Of a stretch of 41,164 nt of DNA, positions 9,592-17,803 are shown one piece after another. A program made the position numbers and the translations under genes. The notes below the pieces were generated by a model. It ran no database searches. It saw nothing but the letters and a program-made list of their open reading frames with translations, and had not been told where the DNA came from. Every line of letters starts with the position of its first letter. The first letter of the stretch is position 1. This DNA comes from Candidatus Omnitrophota bacterium (GTDB taxonomy: Bacteria; Ratteibacteria; UBA8468; MWAK01): assembly GCA_043797665.1 (NCBI GenBank), contig JAZDPL010000007.1, positions 1 through 41,164 on the forward strand. Direction: 5' to 3'.

Positions 9592-10226
9592 AACATCATT
9601 CTAATTCCCCAAATAAGAATTATACCACCACCAGTCAGACGAAGGAAAGAGTCTACCTTGGCGTACCTGAAAGAGAGAGAACCGACGCCGGTAACGGTTC
9701 CCACCAGGAGTAAGGGAATCGCATTCCCCAGGGAGAAGAAGAGGGTGCAGACCATTCCCAGCCAGGGGTCCTTGACCATAAAAGCGATATAGGTGAGTAA
9801 CGAAAGCAAAGGAACACAGGGCAAAAGACCAAATATTAAGCCTAATGCCATTATCCCTGGTTCCTGGCGTCTGGCAAGATGTTTTTCCCAAACCCTACAA
9901 AACCGGTGCCGGGAGAATTTACCAACCATAATTAATACGGATAAAACGATGAGTAGGAAACCGGTCCCGATTTTCAGACCATGGTTTAAATTCGGATTCT
10001 TTATGGTGGTAATAACGTTCTGGCCTATTTCCCCGGCCAGGTAACCCAGAACCAGATAAGGGAGTGTTTTCCAGAAGGAGAAGAGAAGGGTTGCGATTAC
10101 CTTATCCTTCAGGGAGGTCTTGGTCGCGACCAGGTACGAAGCCAGGACCGGCGCGCAAAAAAGAAGACATCCGCCGGTCCCGGTTGCGAAGCCAAGTCCA
10201 AAACTTGCCCACCAGTCCTTAACCAT
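9588..10226 (-). CDS. DsbD_2 / sulfite exporter TauE-SafE-like membrane protein
   Basis: About six TM helices; conserved Cys motifs GGCLLFCAP and GLLPC; 4-bp overlap with the amrS start. Confidence 0.7.
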   Translation of the reverse strand: MVKDWWASFGLGFATGTGGCLLFCAPVLASYLVATKTSLKDKVIATLLFSFWKTLPYLVLGYLAGEIGQNVITTIKNPNLNHGLKIGTGFLLIVLSVLIMVGKFSRHRFCRVWEKHLARRQEPGIMALGLIFGLLPCVPLLSLLTYIAFMVKDPWLGMVCTLFFSLGNAIPLLLVGTVTGVGSLSFRYAKVDSFLRLTGGGIILIWGIRMML

Positions 10227-10254
10227 AAAATTCAAAAATCAAAGTGCCATTTTT

Positions 10255-10317
10255 TGTCATCCTGAGCAATAGCGAAGGATCTGAAGGATTAGATTCTTCG
10301 TTGCACTCAGAATGACA
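10255..10317. repeat. TGTCAT(C/T)CTGAG-type palindromic doublet
   Basis: TGTCATCCTGAGCAATAGCGAAGGATCT..AGATTCTTCGTTGCACTCAGAATGACA; a second copy lies at 24600-24659. Confidence 0.85.
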
Positions 10318-10326
10318 TCACCACTA

Positions 10327-12711
10327 TTACGCATATCTCCGTAAAGTTAAAAGCAAACAGAGGCTGCCTATTTTTAAGATGGCGACTAAGAGGCAGGTAT
10401 TAACCAGACCCAGAACCGGCAGGAGAAAGAATCCGCCCAATATCCCACCGACCCAGCCTCCTAAAAGGTCAATGCCGTAAAGCAGACCCGCACTCTCCTC
10501 GGGATTTTTGGATGTACCCGATCCGTTTTTTCGACCATAGATTTTATTAGCCAGTGGGAATTCCATGCCGATTAAAGAACCGGTAAAGAAGAGAAGGACA
10601 AGGAAGAGGGAGTGGACCAGGACGGCGTTGAGGCTGTAAATAATCTGACGGGACAGAAACAAGCCGGCTAACAATAGAGAAAAGACAACCATACCGGCTT
10701 CAATCTTAAGCAGGGTTTTTATTCCTCGTTGGATACGGTTCAGGCGGGAAGTAATCACAAAACTTCCGGCCGCGATTCCCGACATAAGACTGGTAATCAG
10801 AAGGCCTACTTCATAAAAGACGTACCCGTAAAAAACCTGGAAGCCGAAAAGGAGAATTAGTTCCAGAACCATTCCGGCAAAACCGGTGGTACCGATTGCC
10901 CAGACGATGCTTGCCCGGGTGAGTTTACGTCCCGCAAGAAAGACGACGATGATAAGGCCGATAATAAATAAGGAGAGGGTCTTCAGGTCGATTTTTCTCA
11001 GACAGTTAAATAATATTTTAGAAGAAGGAGCAAAGAGGAGGTTCCAGTTGGCGATACTGTAAAATAGGCCCCGGGGTGTAAAGTCTTTATTAACCGTAAC
11101 GGTGGTCTTTTTCAGGGTATTGTAGAACCAGTCCTGCCAATACTTTTCCAAACGGTAGGCAAGGTGTTGCCGGGTAATCAGCCGGGTTTCTATTTTGTAT
11201 CCGGCTAACCTTTCCGCCATCAGGGACGGCGAAAGAGATAAAAGTTCCGGGGAATTGGAAGCCAGGAAGAGGTTGAAGTCACCGGGGATGACAAAGTGAT
11301 AAGGGAATGCCTTCCGGAGACCGGTCAGAATGCTCGCATTCAGTTCCTTCAGTTCCTGGTTATAATAAGTCAGGGTGCCGGGCAGGGAAAAGGAGAAGAT
11401 GCCGCCTTTCTTCAAAGTCTGTTTTACTGAGGCGAAGAACTCTTCGGTAAAGAACCGGTTTGTCTGGAGGGTGAGCGGAGAATTTAGACCTAAGAGGACC
11501 ACGTCGTATCCCCCGGAAGATTGGCGAACAAATGTTCTGCCGTCTAAGTAATGGAGATGGACCCGGGGGTCTGCTAATTCTTTCCGGGTAAGCGGCGTAG
11601 GAAACTTTTGAATCACTTGCAAAAAAGCCGGGTCTATCTCCGCGTAGTCTATTCGTTTTACCGTAGGATACTTCAGTATTTCCGCAATAATTCCGCCGGC
11701 TCCGCCGCTGAGGACCAGAACCTCTTCGGGATGGGGGTGAGAGAGAAGCGTAAAGTGAACCACCTCTTCCACAAAGACGATGTCCGGAACCGGGGTGGTA
11801 ATCCGGGGTAATCCGTTGGAGAAAAAGGTGTACTGTCCTTCATTTTCCGTGACCGCAATATTTTGTATCAGGGAGTTTTCGTAGTAAATTAACCTTTCAC
11901 CTCGCCATTGGTTTTTTAGGGACAGCAGGTGGATTTTGCCGGCTAATCCCCCAACGGAAAATAAGGAAAGAACGAGAAGCATAGCCGCGAAAAATGTAGG
12001 GGTCGGATTCATCCGACCCGCGGGTTCGATAAAGCGAACCCCTACAGAAGCCCCGCCTTGTAGAAGGGGTAATTCATTTTTGCGTTCAAAAGACAAGAGC
12101 AAGAGGCAAGCAGATGCATTCAACAATAGGATTCCTGCGGCAATCTGAAAAGAGTTGAAATGGGGGAGCAGAAGATAAGTGATTATCAGCCCGCCGATGA
12201 TGGTTCCTGCGGTTTCGTAAAAGTACACCTTACCGACCGCGGATGTGCTTTCCCCGGTTATTTGACGATAGAGCGCACAGGAAAGGATGAAGATAAAACC
12301 GTGGAGAAAGGCGGTGGGCAGAAGGATGAGCAAAGAGGCATAGAGAATGGGTATTGGTCCTAATCCCACTCCGGGCAGTACGTGGAAGATTATTTTAAAG
12401 AGCCGGCAGAAATAGATACTGCCGGGAAAGACTAAGGGAAACAGCAGGGACAGATAAATAAAGGTACTAATCCCCCTTACCTCCCCCTTTGCAAAAGGGG
12501 GATTGAAGGGGATTTTACTGAACCTCCCGGCCCATAAGGCACCAAAGGCTTCACAGGCAACCCAGGAGCCCAGGATGACCCCGATGGTAAATTCGTTGCC
12601 GGCAAAGAGGATAAAGAGTTCCCGCAAAAGGGTTGTCTGGGCAACAATTCCGTTCAGCCCCAGAACCAGCAGCGCCAGAACAAAAAAATGCAATTTCATT
12701 CTTTGTGTCAT
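10327..12711 (-). CDS. Membrane-fused spermidine synthase-like (class I SAM-binding fold) protein
   Basis: Multi-TM N- and C-termini flanking VLVLSGGAGG, YAEIDP, DGRTF, RFFTEEFF..VKQTLKKGGIF. Confidence 0.85.
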   Translation of the reverse strand: MTQRMKLHFFVLALLVLGLNGIVAQTTLLRELFILFAGNEFTIGVILGSWVACEAFGALWAGRFSKIPFNPPFAKGEVRGISTFIYLSLLFPLVFPGSIYFCRLFKIIFHVLPGVGLGPIPILYASLLILLPTAFLHGFIFILSCALYRQITGESTSAVGKVYFYETAGTIIGGLIITYLLLPHFNSFQIAAGILLLNASACLLLLSFERKNELPLLQGGASVGVRFIEPAGRMNPTPTFFAAMLLVLSLFSVGGLAGKIHLLSLKNQWRGERLIYYENSLIQNIAVTENEGQYTFFSNGLPRITTPVPDIVFVEEVVHFTLLSHPHPEEVLVLSGGAGGIIAEILKYPTVKRIDYAEIDPAFLQVIQKFPTPLTRKELADPRVHLHYLDGRTFVRQSSGGYDVVLLGLNSPLTLQTNRFFTEEFFASVKQTLKKGGIFSFSLPGTLTYYNQELKELNASILTGLRKAFPYHFVIPGDFNLFLASNSPELLSLSPSLMAERLAGYKIETRLITRQHLAYRLEKYWQDWFYNTLKKTTVTVNKDFTPRGLFYSIANWNLLFAPSSKILFNCLRKIDLKTLSLFIIGLIIVVFLAGRKLTRASIVWAIGTTGFAGMVLELILLFGFQVFYGYVFYEVGLLITSLMSGIAAGSFVITSRLNRIQRGIKTLLKIEAGMVVFSLLLAGLFLSRQIIYSLNAVLVHSLFLVLLFFTGSLIGMEFPLANKIYGRKNGSGTSKNPEESAGLLYGIDLLGGWVGGILGGFFLLPVLGLVNTCLLVAILKIGSLCLLLTLRRYA
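11996..12045. repeat. GTAG-type REP doublet in-frame in the SpeE-like gene
   Basis: GTAGGGGTCGGATTCATCCGACCCGCGGGTTCGATAAAGCGAACCCCTAC, encoding VGVRFIEPAGRMNPTPT. An adjacent CCCC..AAGGGG remnant at ~12051-12072 encodes LPLLQGG. Confidence 0.9.
12469..12516. repeat. ATCCCCCT/CCCCCTTTGCAAAAGGGGG-type palindromic element in-frame in the SpeE-like gene
   Basis: Near-identical copy at 26388-26434; encodes KIPFNPPFAKGEVRGI here. Confidence 0.85.
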
Positions 12712-12713
12712 TA

Positions 12714-12763
12714 GTAGGGGCTTGATTCATCAAGCCCGCGGGCGCCATGAATGGCGCCCCTAC
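12714..12763. repeat. GTAG-type REP doublet, intergenic
   Basis: GTAGGGGCTTGATTCATCAAGCCCGCGGGCGCCATGAATGGCGCCCCTAC. Confidence 0.9.
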
Positions 12764-12834
12764 GTTAAAATGTTTATGTCGTTTGTTTTAGGTACATATT
12801 AGCAGTTTCCCTTGAATTGGTCAACGTCTTCCGG

Positions 12835-12862
12835 TTGACACCACGGCAGTTGTTATGATAAT
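12835..12862 (+). promoter_or_regulatory. Putative sigma70 promoter for the flippase gene
   Basis: TTGACA at 12835-12840, then TGTTATGATAAT about 10 nt before the ATG at 12872. Confidence 0.5.
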
Positions 12863-12871
12863 TTACAGCGG

Positions 12872-14410
12872 ATGGAGAAGACTTCGCATAAGATTGTCCG
12901 GAACACGGTTTTCAACATGTTTGGCCGGGGCTGGGAATTGCTGGCAAGCCTGATTATAATTCCCTATACCATTTCTAAAGTCGGCGCGGAAGGATACGGT
13001 GCCTGGGTGGTGGTCGGTACGTTGACCGGTTATTTAGCGATAATGGACGTTTCCGGAATCGGTTCCGCTTTTGCCAAGTACGTCGCGGAATACTATGCGA
13101 AAAAGGAATTCCGCAAAATCAACCAGATTATAAGTTTGGGGTTCGGTTACTATTTTCTATTCAGTTTCTTCATCTTGTTCCTGGGAGTCTTTTTCCAAAA
13201 ATGGATTATCAGTTTATTCAAGTTTGACCCCGCAATCTATGCCGAGGTCTCTTTTGTAATCATCGGTATTCTGGTAATAGGTGTGATTCGGGGTTCGTTC
13301 ATCGTTTTTCGCTCGGTCCTTTTAGGCTTGCAGCGTATGGACCTGACCAACATTATCGCCATCGTTACCTCGGTCTGTACCCTTCTGGGTACGTTCCTGT
13401 TTCTTAAATTAGGTTATGGGCTGAAAGGCTTGATTTACAACGGAATCATAGTGGCGGTAATAACTTCTTCTCTCCAGGTGTTCTTTGCCTACCGGGCTTT
13501 GCCCGAGTTAAAATTCCGCTTCTTCCCTTTCGATAAAGAGATATTTTTACAGTCGGTCTCCTACGGAATAAAGATACAGTTTTCCCGGATTGCAGAACTG
13601 ATTAACCAGGGGGTGGACAAGGTTCTCCTGGGACACTACTTAGGGGTTGTCTTCAGCGGTCTTTATGAGATTGGCGCAAAGGTTGCCAATTTCACTACGA
13701 CGCTCCCCAGCATTCTTTTACCGGCAATAATGCCGGCGGCCTCGGAACTTGATGCTCTCCAGGAAAGAGCCCGGCTGAAAAAACTTTATGAAAGGGGAAC
13801 AAAGTACCTGGTTTCCCTGAATTTTCCCCTGGCTTTATTTACCGTCGTTACCGCCCCGCTGATTATATTCTGCTGGTTGGGAAAACCAGGGTATGATAAC
13901 TCCATTCTGGCTCTCCAGTGGTTGACGGTTAGTTATAGCGTCTATCTCCTTACCGGAATGGGCAGACTTGTCGCCCGGGGAATCGGTGTCCTCCTATACG
14001 AAGTACGCACTTCGTATTTAATCGCGGTAGCCAACATAACCTTAAGTCTGATTCTTATTTTACGAATGGGATTTATCGGTGCGCTTTTAGGGACCGGTCT
14101 TGCGACTATTGTTGGTTCAACCTGGTTTCTATTTTCTTTTCACCGGTATCTTAAAGAATCGTTTTTCGCCCTCTTTAAAAAGGTTTATCTGGTACCATTA
14201 TTCAGTTCGGTTGTGGCGGGCGTGTTGCTTGTGGTGACGAACCGATCAGGTTTCAGTCCGGCCACCAGAAATGATGCCTTATCGGTGCTCTTGATAGACG
14301 TACTGTTATTCTTTTCCCTTTATTTTGTATTGACCCTGGTTTTAAACTATTTTGACCGGGATGACCAGGAACTCCTTACGAATTTACGACAAATAATCAA
14401 GATTGGCTAA
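12872..14410 (+). CDS. Wzx/RfbX-like polysaccharide flippase (MOP superfamily)
   Basis: N-terminal RNTVFNMFG, G.EGYG.W, DKVLLG..LG....G.Y and 12-14 TM segments. Confidence 0.85.
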   Translation: MEKTSHKIVRNTVFNMFGRGWELLASLIIIPYTISKVGAEGYGAWVVVGTLTGYLAIMDVSGIGSAFAKYVAEYYAKKEFRKINQIISLGFGYYFLFSFFILFLGVFFQKWIISLFKFDPAIYAEVSFVIIGILVIGVIRGSFIVFRSVLLGLQRMDLTNIIAIVTSVCTLLGTFLFLKLGYGLKGLIYNGIIVAVITSSLQVFFAYRALPELKFRFFPFDKEIFLQSVSYGIKIQFSRIAELINQGVDKVLLGHYLGVVFSGLYEIGAKVANFTTTLPSILLPAIMPAASELDALQERARLKKLYERGTKYLVSLNFPLALFTVVTAPLIIFCWLGKPGYDNSILALQWLTVSYSVYLLTGMGRLVARGIGVLLYEVRTSYLIAVANITLSLILILRMGFIGALLGTGLATIVGSTWFLFSFHRYLKESFFALFKKVYLVPLFSSVVAGVLLVVTNRSGFSPATRNDALSVLLIDVLLFFSLYFVLTLVLNYFDRDDQELLTNLRQIIKIG

Positions 14411-14422
14411 GCCCCGATATCC

Positions 14423-14452
14423 TTGACAAAATAGCGTCTTCAGTAGTATATT
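14423..14452 (+). promoter_or_regulatory. Putative sigma70 promoter of the minor pilin/pilB operon
   Basis: TTGACA (14423-14428), 18-nt spacer, TATATT (14447-14452). Confidence 0.55.
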
Positions 14453-14488
14453 TGATTAACGGTGTTTACCGAATATTTACTATAAATA

Positions 14489-14878
14489 ATGAGGAAAGGC
14501 CTTACACTGATTGAAATAACTCTAACTATTTGCATCATTGCGTTAATGTCGATCGGTATCTTCAGTATCTTTTCTGGGGGAATTACTACCAGTACAGAGA
14601 CAAGAGAGGTCTCCATCGTTATCCAGGCACTCCAGGAGGAGATGGAGTTAATCAGGAATATGTCCTTTGACAGCATTGCTGTTCTGGGCACATCATCCTT
14701 TACCACGCCAGGCTTTGATTACCTTACCGATACTGCCGGTACCGTAACGGTTGACCAGTATGGAGATAGTAATATCCTGAGAGTAACCGTAACGGTAAGT
14801 TGGCTTTCTGCCGGGAATAGAAACTTAAGTAAAAATCTGGTTACGTTGATAACGCGAGAGGGACTCGACAAAAAATGA
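14489..14878 (+). CDS. Minor pilin, PilV-like (set 1)
   Basis: Prepilin cleavage motif MRKG|LTLIE plus hydrophobic helix. Confidence 0.85.
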   Translation: MRKGLTLIEITLTICIIALMSIGIFSIFSGGITTSTETREVSIVIQALQEEMELIRNMSFDSIAVLGTSSFTTPGFDYLTDTAGTVTVDQYGDSNILRVTVTVSWLSAGNRNLSKNLVTLITREGLDKK

Positions 14879-15438
14879 GAAGTGATAAATCCGGTTATAC
14901 GGTGGTGGAGGTGCTGATTTCCGTCGCGGTGGCTTCCGGTCTCTTTAGCGCAATCCTTTTTCTTTATTTGCATGGCCAGGAAAGTTTTGATGCCAACAGA
15001 ACCTATTTGGACGTCTATGCTAACGCCAGGCTGGCTGTCGATTGGATGGCCAAGGACATTAAGGGGGCAGCCCAGGTGCTTCCAGTCTGGGGGGGGTACA
15101 CTACTTCAGACAATTCTCTGGTCTTAAAAGTCCCGGCTATAGATGCCAGCGGAGATATCGTTTCCAGTCTGTATGACTATCTCATTTACCAGGTAAACAG
15201 CGCTACTTTAGAAAGGATTGTTGATGCTGATGCCGGAAGTAGCCGGATTGATGAAACGAAATCCGTGGCCAATAATATTACGGCCTTGACTTTTAGTTCC
15301 GGTGGAACCGCTCTTGGCGGAATCGGTGATCTTTCCACGGTAGACAATATAGGTTTAAGCCTAACTGTCGGCAGAACCAGGCTGGATAGAACCTATCAGG
15401 AAACCTTAAATTCTGTGGTTAAGTTACGGAACAAATGA
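14875..15438 (+). CDS. Minor pilin, PilW-like (set 1)
   Basis: SG|YTVVE motif; AR.A.D.MAKDIK.A helix; ATGA overlaps at both ends. Confidence 0.85.
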   Translation: MRSDKSGYTVVEVLISVAVASGLFSAILFLYLHGQESFDANRTYLDVYANARLAVDWMAKDIKGAAQVLPVWGGYTTSDNSLVLKVPAIDASGDIVSSLYDYLIYQVNSATLERIVDADAGSSRIDETKSVANNITALTFSSGGTALGGIGDLSTVDNIGLSLTVGRTRLDRTYQETLNSVVKLRNK

Positions 15439-16619
15439 ATCGTTTCCTTAAGAAGAAAAAACGACAAGAGGGGTCCATTCTTATCACCGCGGTCATTACC
15501 ATGGCTGTCCTCCTCACCTTAGGGGGGGCCCATCTTACCATGACTCTATCCGAGCAGAGACTAACTGCGCGTACCTACCGGGATGTCCTGGCCATCAATT
15601 TGGCCGAGGCCGGGATAGAAATGGCTATTTGGGAATTGAACTATGGCGGAGCAGATTTTTTGAGCGGTGAAGGTTGGAGTGGAACCGATCCGACTATGAC
15701 GGTAACCTCTTTTTCCACTGCCGACGGTGAGATAATTGGAGATTTCACCGTTACGGTGACCGACCCGACCGGTGATAACCCTGTTATTGAAGCCACCGGC
15801 TATTTTCCCAGCAGCAGTTCTCCGATAATGCAGGAAAGGACGGTGAAGGTTGAAGGAAGTCGTGGTGCATCCAGTGACCCCCCGGCAAGCGTCCGGGCGG
15901 CGATAACGACTAATTGTGCAACGAAAACGTTGGGTAGTATAACAGTTGATGGCCGCGACCATGATGCCAGCGGTACCCTGATAGCTAACAGCGGAACACT
16001 CGGATTAAGTACCACCAGTACCTATACCCAGAGTGGTAGTTCTAACACGGGCGGAACAGCGAGCGAGGTTGACTATGCTCCCTCCAAGCCCGGCAATCCT
16101 TTGATAATTGAAACCAGTGCGGATTGGAGTGCACAAGGAGGTTTTCCCGCCACTCCGGACCTGGTTATGGGAGGAGAAGACAATGATTATCCGGAAGGAA
16201 CCTTGAAGAGTAAAGCCCAGAGTGGTGCGAATGGGGGACAATATGTTACTGACCCGGCCGACCTTACTTTTCCGCTGTCCGGCGTAACCTATGTGGAACT
16301 TTCCAGTGGGGCAACCTGGCAGGACATGGATTTTGGTGCAAGTTCCGGGATATTGGTAGTGCATAATAACAGCACTAATGCGATTATCAAAAATCTTACC
16401 AGCGGCACTTTTAAAGGCTTGCTGATTGCCGATGACATAATTCACATCCACAGCACCATCATCGGTGCCGTTATAGCCCTTAGCAGCGCACCATCTGAAG
16501 GTAATTGCATCGGTAATGGAAGCGGGAGCGTTCTTTACAGCCGGGAGGCTTTGGGTGATGCTGTGAGTGATGCGGGTGGTGGTTCTTCTTTCGCTGTTAC
16601 ATACTGGCAAGAAAAATGA
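15435..16619 (+). CDS. PilX-like minor pilin with large Ser/Gly/Thr-rich C-terminal domain (set 1)
   Basis: QEG|SILIT (no Glu5, as in PilX/GspK); A.NLAEAGIE motif. Confidence 0.85.
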   Translation: MNRFLKKKKRQEGSILITAVITMAVLLTLGGAHLTMTLSEQRLTARTYRDVLAINLAEAGIEMAIWELNYGGADFLSGEGWSGTDPTMTVTSFSTADGEIIGDFTVTVTDPTGDNPVIEATGYFPSSSSPIMQERTVKVEGSRGASSDPPASVRAAITTNCATKTLGSITVDGRDHDASGTLIANSGTLGLSTTSTYTQSGSSNTGGTASEVDYAPSKPGNPLIIETSADWSAQGGFPATPDLVMGGEDNDYPEGTLKSKAQSGANGGQYVTDPADLTFPLSGVTYVELSSGATWQDMDFGASSGILVVHNNSTNAIIKNLTSGTFKGLLIADDIIHIHSTIIGAVIALSSAPSEGNCIGNGSGSVLYSREALGDAVSDAGGGSSFAVTYWQEK

Positions 16620-17116
16620 AAAAGCGGAATAGGCAGGGGCCTGCCCCCCTGTTTACTACTACAGGGGCAGGCTCTGCATGTACCCCCTCTGTCATTCCCG
16701 CAAGTAGTAAGCGGGAATCCAGTGGTTTTACCCTGGTTGAAACCTTGATAGCTCTTATGATGATAATAGTAGCGGTGGCGGGATTAGTGGGCGGTTTCAA
16801 CAAGGCTTCCGCCTACAACCGCATCTGTCACGGCCGCTATGTTGCCAGCCAGTTAGCGACCGACAAGATGGAAGACCTGCGCCAGATGTCCTATGCGGAT
16901 ATGATTGCCCTTTCCCCCGGCAGCAGTGACCAGGTAACCTTAGAAGGAATTGATTTCACCCGGCAGTGGACGGTAAGTGCCGCCGTCGACGACTCCGCGG
17001 ACGGTACCCCTGACGCCGACCCGGATGATTACCGGCAGATTGGCACCGTGGTTACCTGGAGCCAGGGCGGTAGAGACAATCTCCAGTTAAGTCTCAATTC
17101 TATTCGTACTAAATAA
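16616..17116 (+). CDS. Minor pilin, PilV-like (set 2), with a repeat-expanded leader peptide
   Basis: SSG|FTLVE motif; the leader contains repeat-derived sequence 16633-16722. Confidence 0.85.
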   Translation: MKKRNRQGPAPLFTTTGAGSACTPSVIPASSKRESSGFTLVETLIALMMIIVAVAGLVGGFNKASAYNRICHGRYVASQLATDKMEDLRQMSYADMIALSPGSSDQVTLEGIDFTRQWTVSAAVDDSADGTPDADPDDYRQIGTVVTWSQGGRDNLQLSLNSIRTK

Positions 17117-17117
17117 T

Positions 17118-17212
17118 GTAGGGGCTCAATTAATTGAGCCCGCGAAGGATTTACGCAACTTGTAGCGGTCGCATTTATGCGACATAAAAGGTGCGATAAA
17201 TCGCACCGCTAC
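17118..17212. repeat. GTAG-type REP singlet (17118-17142) plus GTAGCGG-type doublet (17162-17212)
   Basis: GTAGGGGCTCAATTAATTGAGCCC; GTAGCGGTCGCATTTATGCGAC..GGTGCGATAAATCGCACCGCTAC. Confidence 0.85.
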
Positions 17213-17230
17213 AATTAGCATTTTATCTAC

Positions 17231-17734
17231 ATGAAAAATTTGTTCCAACGCATTTCGGGATTTACCTTGATAGAGACGATGGTCTCCATTGCAATCATTG
17301 CGGTCGTCTCCAGCGCGATTATCAGTATCTTTCTCGTGGCCCAGCGTTACTACACTGACGAAAACCAGCGGGTCAGGAACCAGCAGGGAGCGGTTCTCTT
17401 TCTGACCGAGGTGGAAAAAAGCATCCGGCAGGCAAGTTCCCAGGTTGTTTACGACAATTTTACGGACTTAAATCCGGTCACTTCCGGAGGGACCTGCTTA
17501 GAACTGACAGACCGCAACGGTACCCCGGAGGACGCCTCTGATGATATCACCAATAAGTTTTACCTTTCCGGTGATGAAGGGTACGGGAAGACCGATACGA
17601 GGGACCCAAGAAGGCTTGCCCGGAACGTCAGTTTCCTGTCATTTAATCAAAACAACCTGTACGTCCAGGTTTATCTGTACACTTCCGGAGAACCGGAGAT
17701 GAGGTATCAGACGAGCGCAATTATGCGCAATTAA
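17231..17734 (+). CDS. Minor pilin, PilW-like (set 2)
   Basis: SG|FTLIE motif; EKSIRQA helix. Confidence 0.85.
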   Translation: MKNLFQRISGFTLIETMVSIAIIAVVSSAIISIFLVAQRYYTDENQRVRNQQGAVLFLTEVEKSIRQASSQVVYDNFTDLNPVTSGGTCLELTDRNGTPEDASDDITNKFYLSGDEGYGKTDTRDPRRLARNVSFLSFNQNNLYVQVYLYTSGEPEMRYQTSAIMRN

Positions 17735-17744
17735 TTTAATATTT

Positions 17745-17794
17745 GTAGGGGTCGGATTTATCCGACCCGCGGGCTTGATGAATCAAGCCCCTAC
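17745..17794. repeat. GTAG-type REP doublet, intergenic
   Basis: GTAGGGGTCGGATTTATCCGACCCGCGGGCTTGATGAATCAAGCCCCTAC. Confidence 0.9.
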
Positions 17795-17803
17795 ACAATC
17801 CTA

